A model generated the notes under the pieces. The model was not told the origin of the DNA, did not search any database, and saw only the letters and a list, made by a program, of their open reading frames with translations. 64,000 bases of DNA, from positions 8,122,001 through 8,186,000 of the forward strand of contig OX597833.1 of NCBI GenBank assembly GCA_951406725.2. Reading direction: 5' to 3'. A program made the position numbers and the translations under genes. The stretch's first letter is position 1. Each line of letters starts with the position of its first letter. This DNA is from Octopus vulgaris (Eukaryota). This document shows, piece by piece, positions 1 through 13,037 of the stretch.

Positions 1-563
1 ACAATTCATTATCAACTTGGCAGTGTAAGAGGTTGGAGGGGAGGGAGTCAATTAAGATGATGCCCTTCCAGCCCAAGTAGATTACTGGTACCTGCAATAT
101 CAATAGGTACATCTGGATGATCCCAGATGGATTTGAACCAAGAATAGTCAGTTTCCATACCTGATGCTGTTTGTTAATTATTTATCTCAGCTGAGGTTGT
201 CCCACAGTCCCACAGTCCCACAGCTGAGGTTGTCCCACAGCCCCAGACATCCTCACTCAAGTCCCACATAAAACTAGTTTTAATCTCAGTTTTTCTATTG
301 TTATTTAAAATACATTTCAACTGGTGGAGTCTACAGCCATGCTCAGGTGTTTGAGAGAGGAAATGCATAGGTGTATGTGTGTGTGTGTGTGCGCGCATGT
401 TATTTTACAGGTGTGGCTGTGTGGTTAAGAAGTTTGCTTCCAACCACATGGTCCCAGGTTCAATTCTACTGTTTGGCACCTTGAGCAAGCATCTTCAACT
501 ATAGCCCAGGGTCAACCAAAGCTTTTTGAATGGAGTTGATACACAAAAACTGAAAGAAGCCTG

Positions 564-619
<56 letters not shown>

Positions 620-2830
620 GCAGTCTGTGATTTCAGGTAACTTTACGGAATTCTTTCATCAGTAAATGCTCTTATTTAACACTCAACAACCTGACCATTA
701 ATTAATTGTAACCACCACATCACAAAATTGCCACAAAACATCATCAGAGAGAAACAAACTTACAAGTACAATCTGTAATGAAAGAGCAAAAAATCCAAGG
801 AAAACTGAAATATCTCATGAAAAAAAACCATTCAATACACTCAAAGACCATAAAAGTAACTCGGACAATTTACTTCGATGTAAGACTGATAGATACAAAA
901 AAAAATAATAATAATGACCTGAGCGTAGTTAGCAAGGCAGTCTTCAGCCAATATAAACAAAAAAATCAAACAATCCACAATTTGAAACTATGGAACAACA
1001 CAATGGCCATCTTCAAGTAGTTTAACAGCACCAAAAAGGAAAATAGTTGCAGATTCAATTAACTGAATATTGTTGACTTATCACTCATCAATCAGTGAAG
1101 ACCTTCTCCAAAAAGCTATTTACTTTAGAAATGAATACATGGATATCACAGGTCAATTTGTGGATTATTATGCATGTGAGAAGCTTGTTTTACTTCATCA
1201 ACAACACATGTTGGGTAAGAAGACTGAAGTAGGCAATCTCCATGTCGTCACCATGGGAAGTCATGAATGCATGGAAATCTGTGAGTTGGTAGGTTTGTTC
1301 CAACTGCAAAACTTAGAGGTATTGTTTTTTATGGCATCGGCCAGACCTGTAAAGGGACAATGGACTCATGCTCACAAATGATGCAAGTGGATGCTCAACA
1401 GACACCGAGGAAACAAATTGTACCATCTTTGAAAGTATTCAGTTGGAACGAGAAAACTGAAACTAATCTGACAAAAGTAAACTTCCTGTATATCACCTTT
1501 GACCTAACCTTGAGGTCATATAAGCCTTCAAAAAACCTACCGCCGCCCCTTTATATAGTTGTGAACAATTAAACCACTAACCTGAGACTAACACCTGACA
1601 CTTGGTAACAGATTGTTGATTTTATCCACAGATGGAGCCATATTCAACAAATCCACTGAATATTACTACAAGGTATGGCTGCACAGTTTCTACCCAGACA
1701 AAATCAAATATTCACCAGAAACAAACAACCTTCACCAACCATACAAAAAAGGGGAACATTACAAGCTATAATCCACCAAACAATACTGATATGAAAAAAA
1801 GGGTTGCAAAACACTGCCTCTCACTCTTTGGCAAATACTTCCCACGTGGGCACAGATTCCACCAACTGTTCAACAAGAACAACATAAAGGTAAACTTCTG
1901 CTGTATGAGAAAACTGTTCTGAATCATCACAGAGCTACAATGCAAGTATCCTACAGCAACAACTGCCACAACACAGAGGTCTGCTCCATTAAAGTTAAAT
2001 ATCACAAATGACATACAATATACTGCACTGACCTCAACCTGCTACGTAGGGCTAATAGAAAGCACGCTCAAAAGTTGTCGGCATGCCCAAAATAATCCAT
2101 TCTGCCACTGCCACCTGGAAAAATCCACAGCACTGTCTAAACACATTTGGAAATTAAAAGATACAAAATTAAACATATCACATGATACTGATAGAGCAGC
2201 AACACACAGAAACAGATTGCCACACCATCCACCAATCAGTCTCAATCCAAACTCATCTCAATTCGTTGTCATGTAACAAAATTTCTGCGAACTAATTCCA
2301 AAGTAAGACTTGCCCACCTGGATTACAAACACCACCAACAACACCAGGTAATCAACATTAAAACAGAACAACCTCCCAACACCTGAAAGAAGGAGCATAT
2401 GACGTCACAAACATTATGAAACCTTTGATTGGCTCAAAGACAGAACTAATGCCTGACCAAAAGAGCAAACATCAACAAGTGACACACACGTGATTAACCC
2501 TGAAATATGGCTGCCAGGTGATAATTGATGGCAGAAGAATCACCTGATACTTGCCAAAGAACATCACATGACAACACAGCTAGTCATGTGATCAGCTCTA
2601 AAACAAAACTATTGGTCAATATGAGTGGACATCTCAACAGCAACAAAACTACCAGTCACAAGATTCATCATCTGACCAATCCTATTGTTAAGCATGGAAT
2701 CAATCAAAAGATGACCAACTTTCCTAAATACCTGGGAAAAAAAAGACCATTCTATTTCTATCTGAGACTCGTCAATATTCCCTGAAGTTAATTGCATGAA
2801 ACCTTTAGGTATGACCAGACAATTTGGTCC
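620..2830 (+). mobile_element. decayed Penelope-like retroelement (RT + C-terminal GIY-YIG; Naiad-like)
   Basis: Frameshifted remnants: IVD-x-SISEDLLQKAI (RT motif A), VTMGSHECMEICELVGLF (motif B), L*RDNG (YRDD remnant near 1348), VNFLYITFDL, YNPP...LFNKNNIKVNFCCM, YVGLIE...KSTALSKHIWKLKD (GIY-YIG). A decayed hammerhead lies at the 3' end (about 2782-2815). Boundaries approximate. Confidence 0.85.
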
Positions 2831-3775
2831 ATCAAAACAATGGGTGTGTCGGTGGGGAGAGGGTTGGATGTGTGCAGATTTCAAGAATTAATTTTATTTT
2901 CATTATTAAGGCTCAGAACTTTGATTCCAGATTTAAGCATTTCAGCCATGACCATCCTGTTTATTTTAGGGGGTTATTTGCTTTTAGAAGTCACTAAGAG
3001 TAAATTACCTTTGTTTTTCATTTTAAGATAGTAAATAGTGATTTGGGGGAAGTTCGGCTGCTATATTTAACAGGTCGTGTGATCCTGTAGAGGTTCCTTC
3101 ATTGGTTCCCCCCCAGGCATGGATGATAACTATGATTTAGTCATGCATATAATGTAATGTTTATTCCAGAACAGTTATTTCTTCAGAACCAATTGGGGAA
3201 AATAAAAGAGAGAATGATTTGGTTGCTTCGTGTAAATAAGAAAAAAAAAAGAAATTCAGCTTTTAATTAAAGTGGATGGAATTAAAATTCAGAATGGGAA
3301 CAAGGAGGAGGTTGGTCACTTGTATTTCTTGATTTTATAATTGGGATCGTGTGATTCTTAACAGACTGAAGTCTACATAAATCCGCCTCTTCAAGTAGAT
3401 GCAGGGAGATGAAGCTGATTTATAGAATCAAAATAATATCGAGTTTCATTTCCGGCCACCTTTGAAACGATTTTCTCTAAACGGCAGACATATTGTCTAC
3501 AGGTTGGAAGTTAAGCAAATTATTACATATTTATATACAATATCATCATCATCATTTAGTGTCCGTTGTCCATGCTGGAATAGGTTGGATGGTTTGACTG
3601 AGGACTGGCAAGCTGGAAGCCTGCACCAGACTCCAGTCTGATTTGGCATGGTTCCTATGGTTGGATGTTCTTCCTAACGCCATTACACTCCAAGAGTGTA
3701 ATGAGTGCCATTTGTGTGACACTGGTATTTGCCTTGACTGTGATTTTACTCGGCTTTATGGGTCTTCTAAATACA

Positions 3776-4319
3776 CAGGGTTATTCAAAAAGAAAGAGCA
3801 GATTTCAAATTTATTTCTAAAACAAACGGTAAGAGACACGAACACATTCTACATATTTCTTGATAGGAGAAGGTTTAAAGTTTATAAACTGAACATTATT
3901 AATTAAATTAAGCCTTAAATAAAATATTTTAATTTTGTTTTTATGTTTCGTTTTGTTCATTTTATTTAAAGTTGTATAATTTTCATTTGTGTAATCCCTT
4001 AGAAAATGGCGATGCCACAAGAAAAGTCTTTTTGTGTGCTGCAGTTTGAGAAATGCGAATCGATTGTGCAACATGAATTTTGCTGCCAATCCAATAAAAA
4101 TCCACTTCGTCCCAAATTTACGAATGGTATAAAAATTTCACAGAAAAAGGTTGCATTTGTAAAGGAAAAAAGCACCAGTGCTCATGTTGAGTGCATACTA
4201 CTTTGAAATAAACTTTAAACCTTCTCCTATCAAGAAAAATGTAGAATGTGCTTGTGTCCTCTTACCGTTTATTTTTAAAATAAATTTAAAATCTGCTCTT
4301 TTTTTTCAGAATAACCCTG
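3776..4319 (+). mobile_element. non-autonomous Tc1/mariner element with ~115-bp TIRs
   Basis: cagggttattc...gtttat at the left mirrors ataaac...gaataaccctg at the right. Internal MAMPQEKSFCVLQF resembles a transposase N-terminus. Confidence 0.85.
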
Positions 4320-4327
4320 TATATACA

Positions 4328-5195
4328 CAGGGTGGGTGGAAAGTAAGTAGGCATTAGAAATTGCTTATAGAATTTTTAGTTACTCTGAAGTCATGACAAA
4401 AATATCTTTTAAAAATGGGGATTTCTTATTTCTTATTGTCTTATTTTCCAGATGGTCAGTCACTTGACTGCTCAGGAGTGAGCTAAAATAGCAGCATGCA
4501 ATGAAGTGTGGAATTCTATTGTTTTGGTTCAGAGATGGTGGCATGCATGGAAAGGTAAGCATGCAATACTACATCCAGAGACAATAAAAAGTTGTCATGC
4601 AAAGCTGATGACTATGGGCTCTGTGAATGATGCAAGAAGAAGTAGCCATCCAACCACATCCCGGTCAGTGGAGAATGAGGCAACAGTGCAGGAAATGTTT
4701 AATTGCAGCCAGCAAAAATCAACTGGTCAAGCAGCTCGTGAAAGTGGACTGACAAGACACACAATATGTATGGTGTTGCATAAAGAATTGAATTTTTGCC
4801 CATACAAACCCCATTACGTGCAGGAGCTAAAACCTGAAGACTGTGACTGCAGAACTCCAAGAAGTTCAGAACTCACTCCATGTGATTTTTACCTGTGGGT
4901 TTACACAAGAGGTGTTGTACAAGACAAAACCTCGCACATTGCAAGACTTGGAGATTCATGGATTCAGGAGGTTCTCAATGATATCCCAGATGATGTCCTT
5001 CAGAAGGTTCTTCATTCCATCCTTAGCCATTTGAGGAACCTGGTTGATGCCACTGGTGCTTATGTTGAAATATGAAGATTTAATTTCATTTTGCCAATTA
5101 ATAAAGAACATGTAGCATTTATTTCAATGAATTTGTAAAAGGAATATGGATTTTAGCACCAATTTTTAATACCTACTTACTTTTCACCCACCCTG
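4328..5195 (+). mobile_element. internally deleted Tc1/mariner transposon (ORF 4506-5075)
   Basis: TIRs cagggtgggtggaaagtaagtagg / cctacttacttttcacccaccctg. HTH region joined to TPRSSELTPCDFYLW (PRSPDLTPCDF-like); central catalytic segment deleted. Confidence 0.9.
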
Positions 5196-5214
5196 TATGT
5201 ATATATCATCATCA

Positions 5215-5590
5215 TCATCGTTTAACATCTGCTTTCCATGCTAGCATGGGTTGGACGATTTGACTGAAGTCTGAAGAACCAGATGGCTGCACCAGGCTCC
5301 AATCTTGATCTGGCAGAGTTTCTACAGCTGGATGCCCTTCCTAACGCCAACCACTCCAAGAGTGTTATGGGTGCTTTTTACATGCCACCAGCATGAGGGC
5401 CAGTCAGGCGGTACTGGCAGCGGCCATGCTCAAATGGTGCTTTTTATGTGTCACCTGCACAGGAGCCAGTCCAGCGGCTCTAGCAACGACCTTGCTCAAA
5501 TGTATTGTTCACATGCCACCAGCACAAGTGCCAGTAAGGTAACACAGGTAACGATCACGCTCGAATGGTGCTTTTTACAGCATGGAGGCC
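5215..5590 (-). mobile_element. SINE-like repeat with (GAT)n tail; copies at about 3550-3770, 7035-7345, 34345-34485, 57480-57760(+)
   Basis: Shared gttggcgttaggaagggcatccagctgta block and gcatggaaagcggacgttaaacgatgatg end. Confidence 0.75.
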
Positions 5591-6145
5591 AGCTTGTTGC
5601 TATATAAATATATATATACACACACATGTACACATACACTTATATCTCCCGAATAAGTCATCTAAAGATGTAGATTTAGAAGCCAGTGTATGAAGACACA
5701 GCCGTAATACTCCATCAAACCTACCAATTTTAAGTTGGAATCAAAATTCTTCACCATGAACTGCCATTTAGCTCTTTCTCTCCAGAGGTTACAAAGAAGT
5801 AAAATTATATTTTATGAAGTCTAGAAATAGATTCTTCAATGGAATTGGTCTGTCAGTGAGATTAAAGCTCCGTCTAATTAATCTTTACCATTCTCGTTAG
5901 ATGTTATTTAAGAAAGAATTAATATGCGGAGGAGGGGGGGGCTGAGATTATTTTAATTAATAACAAAACAAAAGAGGAAAAACAAAAATTATGCAGTAAA
6001 AAGAGCATTAATAAATAAAATCAAACAAATAAAAAAGAAAAACAAGAGAAAAATTAAACAAAAAAAATGTTTGAAGAAACAAAAAATGAGAAGAAAAACA
6101 AAGATTATTGTGGAATGTAGCAAAAATTGTTGAGGAGATCAAGTC

Positions 6146-6176
<31 letters not shown>

Positions 6177-6335
6177 ATGTATAGTAGAAGTCTTGGTAGC
6201 ATGATCGATATAACAGTACCCCCTGATAGTCAGGGGGGTACTGGTCAAAAATGGGAAAAAATTGAAAGTTGGGTTCAGTAAAGCAGATATTGTTTAAAGG
6301 ACCCTGCCAGGTGGGATCGAAAAGGGATAAAAAAA

Positions 6336-6371
<36 letters not shown>

Positions 6372-6848
6372 AGCTGGAATTACAAGAATGGTCAGACAAA
6401 ATTAGCAGCATGTGGGGGGTGGAAGGGGAAGGGTTGGACAGGTCTAACGATGCTACAATTAATGGGTGGGGAGGGGACTGGGTGGAGGATCTAACAATAA
6501 CAATGGCTGGTAGTGATACGGTGGGGCGATGGGGGGGGGGAGGTCAAATTGGTCTAGAAACAGATAGCGGTGGGTGGGGGAGTGGGAGTAGAAAAGTCTA
6601 ACAGATATAGTGGTTGGGGGTGGGGGAGGGCGTGGTCAGAAAATAAAAATATCAAATAGAAAAGAAAAAGAAAAAGTGTTGAAAATGATGAAATGGTTGA
6701 ATTGATCATTGCAACTGTTATGATGATGATGATGATGATGGTAAGGATGGTAATGGTGATGACTGATGGTGGTGACGATAGCGATGATGATGATGATGGT
6801 GGCGGTGATGAGGATGATGATGATGCCATGAACCAGCGGTGGTGGTCA

Positions 6849-6934
6849 TTAAACCCCATATGGATCTGTGACATTCTCAGCAACTGTGTTGATTGGGTTA
6901 AACTGTAAAGGTAACAACCACAAACCAGGAGATT
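6849..6934 (-). CDS. ZDHHC last coding exon, ends ...DPYGV*
   Basis: ttgtctttcag|AATCTCCT...GTTTAA; phase 1 fits; contains the WLLP motif typical of DHHC C-tails. Confidence 0.9.
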
Positions 6935-7389
6935 CTGAAAGACAAAACACAAAACAACAACAATTATAACAACAACAACAATAATAATAACAATAACAAC
7001 AATAATAATAACAATAACAATAATAATCATCATCATCGTTTAACGTCCGCTTTCCATGCTGGCACGGGTTGGACAGTCTGACCGGGGTCTGGAGAACCAG
7101 CAGCTGCACCAGGCTCCAGTCTGATCTGGCAGTGTTTCTACAGCTGGATGCCCTTCCTAACACCAACCACTCCAAGAGTGTAGTGGGTTCTATTTATGTG
7201 CCACCGGCACAGGTGCCAGACGAGGCTGGCGAACGGCCACACTTGGATGGTGTTTTTTACGTGCCACTGGCATGGAGGCCAGGCGAGGCTGGCACGGCCA
7301 CGATCGGATGGTGTACTGGCTACGGCCACGTACACCATCCGATCATGATAATAATAATAATAACAATAATAATAACAATAATAATGACA

Positions 7390-7424
<35 letters not shown>

Positions 7425-7942
7425 AATAATAATAATGATGATGATGATGATTCTTTCTACTATAGGCACAGAACCTGAAGTTTTTTTGGGGGGGAGGGGT
7501 GCTGGTCGTTTACATTGACCCCAGTAATGTGACTGGTATTTTACTTCATCAACCTTGAAAAGATGAAAGGTGAAGAACTGCCCCTAAGCATTTTGTCCAA
7601 CATGCTAGAACTGTTGGTTACGATACAAGGTTTCCAGTAGATCCGAGCAATGGAACAGCCAGCTTATGAAATCAAAGTGCACGTGGTTGAGTACTCCACA
7701 GACACGTGTTTCCTTAACGTAGTTCTCCGAGAGATTCAACAGGACACGAAATGAAACAAGGCTGGCCCCTCTGAATTACTGGTACAACTCAGTGTTGTCA
7801 GCTGAGTGGACTGGAAGCAATGGGAAGCGAAGCATCTTGCTCAAGCATACAACACACCACCAGGTATTGAATTCATGGCCCTGTGACCATGAGTTGAATA
7901 CCCTGACCACTAAGCCACACACCTTCATTTGATACATATAAC

Positions 7943-7990
<48 letters not shown>

Positions 7991-10900
7991 GCAACATCAA
8001 TTTCAGGATCCTTTGTCTCCAAAACCTTTCCAGATAACCGATTTTTCTGAATCAGGGGCAGTTACTTTAGTCACCAGTCACCTAAGTCAACAGACACCTA
8101 AGTCAACAGTCACCTTGGTAGACAGTCATCTTGGTCAGTAGTCACCTTAGTCAACAGTGCTCTAAGTCAACAGTCACGTAAGTCAACAGTCACCTTAGTC
8201 AACAGTCACCTTGGTAGACAGTCACCTTGGTCAACAGTCACCTTGGTAGACAATCATCTTGGTCAGTAGTCAACTTAGTCAACAGTGCTCTAAGTCAACA
8301 GTCACACAGTCACCTTAGTCAACAGTCACCTTGGTAGACAGTCACCTTGGTCAACAGTCACCTTGGTCAACAGTCACCTTGGTAGACAATCATCTTGGTC
8401 AGTAGTCACCTTAGTCAACAGTACTCTACGTCAACAGTCACACAGTCCCCTTAGTCAACAGTCACCTTGGTAGACAGTCACCTTGGTCAACAGTCACCTT
8501 GGTAGACAATCATCTTGGTCAGTAGTCACCTTAGTCAACAGTGCTCTAAGTCACCAGTCACCTTGATCAACAGTCACCTTGGTCAGCAGTCACCTTGATA
8601 GACAGTCATCTTGGTCAACAGTCACCTTGGTCAACAGTCACCTTGATAGACAGTCATCTTGGTCAACAGTCACCTTGGTCAACAGTCACCTTGATAGACA
8701 GTCATCTTGGTCAACAGTCACCTAATTCAACAGTCACCTTGGTCAACAGTCACCTAATTCAACAGTCATCCTGGTCAACAGTCACCATTGTACCTGGATA
8801 TATGACAGGCTTTCCAGAGATTCTGTCTACCAAATTCCTTCTGATGGAATTGGTCAGGTTGGGGCTAAAGTAAAAGACACTCAGAGTGCTGTACAGTGGG
8901 ACTGAACTCAAAACCACATGGTTGTGAACTAGGAGGAGACATCATGACGTTTCATTCAGCAGCTTTCTCCTTAAGACTCGTCTGTTTCCACCACAAAACC
9001 ATGGATTCCATATTGTAGTCATTAGCAACGAGGAGGAGGGGAGACGAAGGGGGTGGAGGCAGAAGGACCTGTTGTTGAAGGCTGGTATGTAACATTGCAC
9101 AGGAGGGTGGTGGCGGTGGTGGCTAGGGTGGTGGTGGTGGCGGTGGTGTTGGTAGTGGTGGCGGTGGTGGTGGTAGTGGTAGCGGTGGTGGTGGTTATGG
9201 TGGTTATGGTGGTGGCAGTGGTGGCGGTGGTGGTGGTAGTGGTGGCAGTGGTGGAGGTGGTGGTTATGGTGGTGATGGTGGTGGTGGTGGTGGTGGTGGT
9301 GGTGGTGGTGGTGGTGGTGGCGGTGGTGGTGGCTGTGGTGGTAAAATGCAATATGGAGTCAATCAGAGTCAGGGATTAGATTACAATCAAGAAGTAATTC
9401 TACTGTGGATGGTGCTTGCAAAACAAACAAACAGGATTACAGAACTGCCAGCCAAGCTGGAGCAACACCACACACACAGACACACACACACACACAGTGG
9501 TTTCTAACTTAAGCAGCAAGCCAGCTATTATGAGGAAAGGCAGGGGTTAGTCAATACGACTGACCCCAGGAACTAGACTGGTACTTTATTTTACTGACCC
9601 CAGAAGAATAAAAGGCAAAGGCGACACTTCAAAGGGATTTGAAGTCGGAACATAAAATACTGGGAAAATACCACAAAGCATTTATTCCAATGCTCGAATG
9701 GTTCAGCCATCATGCCTTATACACACACTATCATAAGTGTGTGGACAGACAGACAGATAAATTATGGAAAATGGAATGAATGACATTCTTCAGTTAAAAA
9801 TCACTACAATTGTTTCGATACAATTTTACACTTGTCATACATTGGTGAGATGTTGTGTAACTATTATCATGCATCGAAGGTATGAAATGCACTTCCTCAG
9901 GTGATTGTTTAACCTTTTAGTATTTAAACCGGCCATATCCGGCCAATATAGTTAATCTGTTTTATGTTCAAACTGACCAGATCCAGGCTCTCACACCTAC
10001 CCTACAATGTTATTCTACATTAAGTAATTACACCATCAAGATCTTGAAGATATGATATAATGCATGATTAATTCAAATAAATGGGAATCAATAGGCATTT
10101 TGTTTGATTGAATAATGTGAATACTAAAGGGTTAAGTAAGTCCTTCATAAGATCCTGCGATCATTTCATTGAACACAAGAATGCAAAACCAAAGTGGGGT
10201 CATTTTCAACAGTGATTTTAAATAAAGAATATAATTCATTCTATTTCCTATCATTTCTCTATTCGTATAAGTTCTACAGACACAATGGAATTCCTAATGT
10301 ATATTCAGTACCAGAGGCATTTTCATCATATAGTGGCATCAGATAGCCAATAACTGTGGACAAGCTTTGCATAGCATTCTACAATTTAAACAAATATATG
10401 TATATATATGTGTGTGTGTGTATGTATATATGTATATTATGTACGTATATATATTAATGATAAAAATGTGCTGCTGGAAAACAGTGATTACATGCACACA
10501 CACACACACACGTGTGTGTGTGTAAATGATAACAATCTTTTGGCGGAAACAGTATGTGTGTATTCATATAAATGAGAGAGAGAGAGAGTGTGTGTGTGTG
10601 TATTCACTAGTTTTACTTTGAAGTAGTTTAGCAAAATATTTAGACCAGGAATGGACTAAGAAAAGAAATTTCTGAACCATTTTACAAAGAATGTCATTGC
10701 TCCATTTGTTGTTGTTGTGATTACTGCTTTAGAAAAGTACAGGGATTCAAAGTGGTTCCTGATGTTTTGGAAGGAACTGGGGCAGACAAACCAACACCAC
10801 CATCAATGAGTCACCATTTGATTGCCCAACAATTTAGAAATAGCAGCTAAATCCCCTTCAGTTCCTATCTTTACCATCTGATAAAGAAGAACTTTATTGA

Positions 10901-12054
10901 GTTGTGGATGTTGGAATAAAAGATGGGATGTCCTGATCACAGGTCTACTGGATCAGAACTGACCTGGGGTTAAACAACAACTTTCTACTAATATTGGTGT
11001 AGTTGTTGTTGCTGTTGTTGTTAAGATATGTGTGAAGTGTGTGTGTGTGCATGTGTGTGTGCGTGTACATATATATGAATATAAGTGTGTGTGTGTGTGT
11101 GTGAACATATATATGAATATGAGTGTGTGTATGTGTACGTCTATATTGTATTAGTATGGAGGTATGTGTGTCTGTATGTGTGTGAGTGTATATGTTTCCA
11201 CATATGTATGTGTGTGAGTGTATTTACATGTACGTATGTATGTGTGTGTGTGTGTGTGAAATTAAAAATGTTACCTCGACCAAAAACTTCCTGTAACAAA
11301 TGATATTTCGATCGGGGTGGTCGTCTGTATTCTTCTTTTTTCACGTGTTCGACAGCAGTTTCATCATTGAATATAGAAGATACCTGGGTGGGAGAGAGAG
11401 AGAGAGAGAGAGGGGTTACTGGACATTGTTAAATATAGAAGATACCTGGGTGGGAGAGAGAGAGAGAGAGAGAGGGGTTACTGGACATTGTTAAATATAG
11501 AAGATGTATGGGAAGGGAGGGAGGAGAGACAGAGAAAGAGTCAGAGAGAGAAACAAGGGGAGAGAGAGAGAAAGAGTCACAGAAAGAGAGAGAGAGAGTT
11601 AGAGAGAGAAACGGGGGAGAGAGAGAGAGAGAGAGAGAGAGGGGTTACTGGACATTGTTAAATATAGAAGATGTATGGGAAGGGAGGGAGGAGAGACAGA
11701 GGGAGAAGGAGAGAGAAACAGGGGGAGAGAGAGAGAGAGACAGTCACAGAAAGAGAGAGAGAGGGGGGTTACTGGACATTGTTATATATAGAAGATGTAT
11801 GAGAAGGGAGAGAGGAATGACAGAGAAAGAGTCAGAGAAAGAAACAGGGGGAGAGAGAGAGAAAGAGAGTCACAGAAAGAGAAAGAGAGGTAAGCAAATA
11901 TCAGTACTTGACAGGTTATTTATCTTTAGCAATGCCAAAAGGACAACAAGCAAAGTTGACCTTGGCAGGATTTGAACTCAGAACATTAAGAACTGGAACA
12001 AATATTGCAAGGCACTTTGTCTGATGCTCTAAGATTCTGCTAGTCTAACCCCAC

Positions 12055-12085
<31 letters not shown>

Positions 12086-12373
12086 GAGTATGAGAAGAGC
12101 CAAGGAGCCAGGAGTCTGCACTGAGCTTGATTTCCTGCTCTGGGTAGGGTTTTACAGCTCGATGCCCTTCCCTAATGCCAACCACTTCCCAAAGGTTTTT
12201 ATGTGGTTCCAGCAGCAGTTAGGTCACCAAGAAACTGACAAGGTAAGACCCCCTCAGCTGAGTTGAAGGTGCAGCATTGTGGGGGGATAGGGGATTTTGT
12301 AGTAGGTGATGAAAGGTTAAAGTATGAGAGAGGGACAGGTACAGGTGCCTTGCTGTAAACGAGATACACACAG

Positions 12374-12404
<31 letters not shown>

Positions 12405-13006
12405 AGTATTAATGTCTCTATGTACACGTGTCTTACACACCTTTATGTTCCAGGCAGTGAAGTAGATGACACAACAAAACTCCTTAAAAACCAACAACCA
12501 GCTAATCTAATCCTTTATATCTAGTTCACCATTCGACCCCTTTTATTGGTCTGAGTCTATAGAACTGACCATTTAATATAAATAAGATAGTCGTCTGTGG
12601 TCACTTACCTGGTCACATCCAATGGCCAATACAAACAGGCCAAACACTAAAGATTCAGCCACAAGAGCAACAGAATGCAATCTGCAAATTAATGAAACAG
12701 AATTAACGATGGTGGTAATAATCATAATAATAATAATAATAATAATAATAATTTTTAACGCAGGTATAAAGTCTGCAATTTTGAAGGGAGGGGGGAAAAG
12801 TCAATTATGGCTACCCCAATACATGACTGGTACTTTATTTTATCAACCCTGAAAACATGTAAGACAAAGCTGACCCTGGTAGGATTTGAAACTAGAATGT
12901 AGAGTAACGGAACAAATAGTGTTCAGTATTTTTCTGAGGTTTCCATGATTTTGCTAATGCACCACCTTTGGGATTAGTAAAAGATAATCCTGTATAATCC
13001 TATATA

Positions 13007-13037
<31 letters not shown>

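Noticed and set aside
618-668. Minus-strand CTGATGA...GAAA at the 5' edge of the PLE
   Set aside because: Stem II is poor and there is no U16.1/H17 or stem I; too decayed to call
11508-11975. 155-aa Glu/Arg-rich ORF
   Set aside because: Translation of the GA-rich tandem repeat on the non-coding strand
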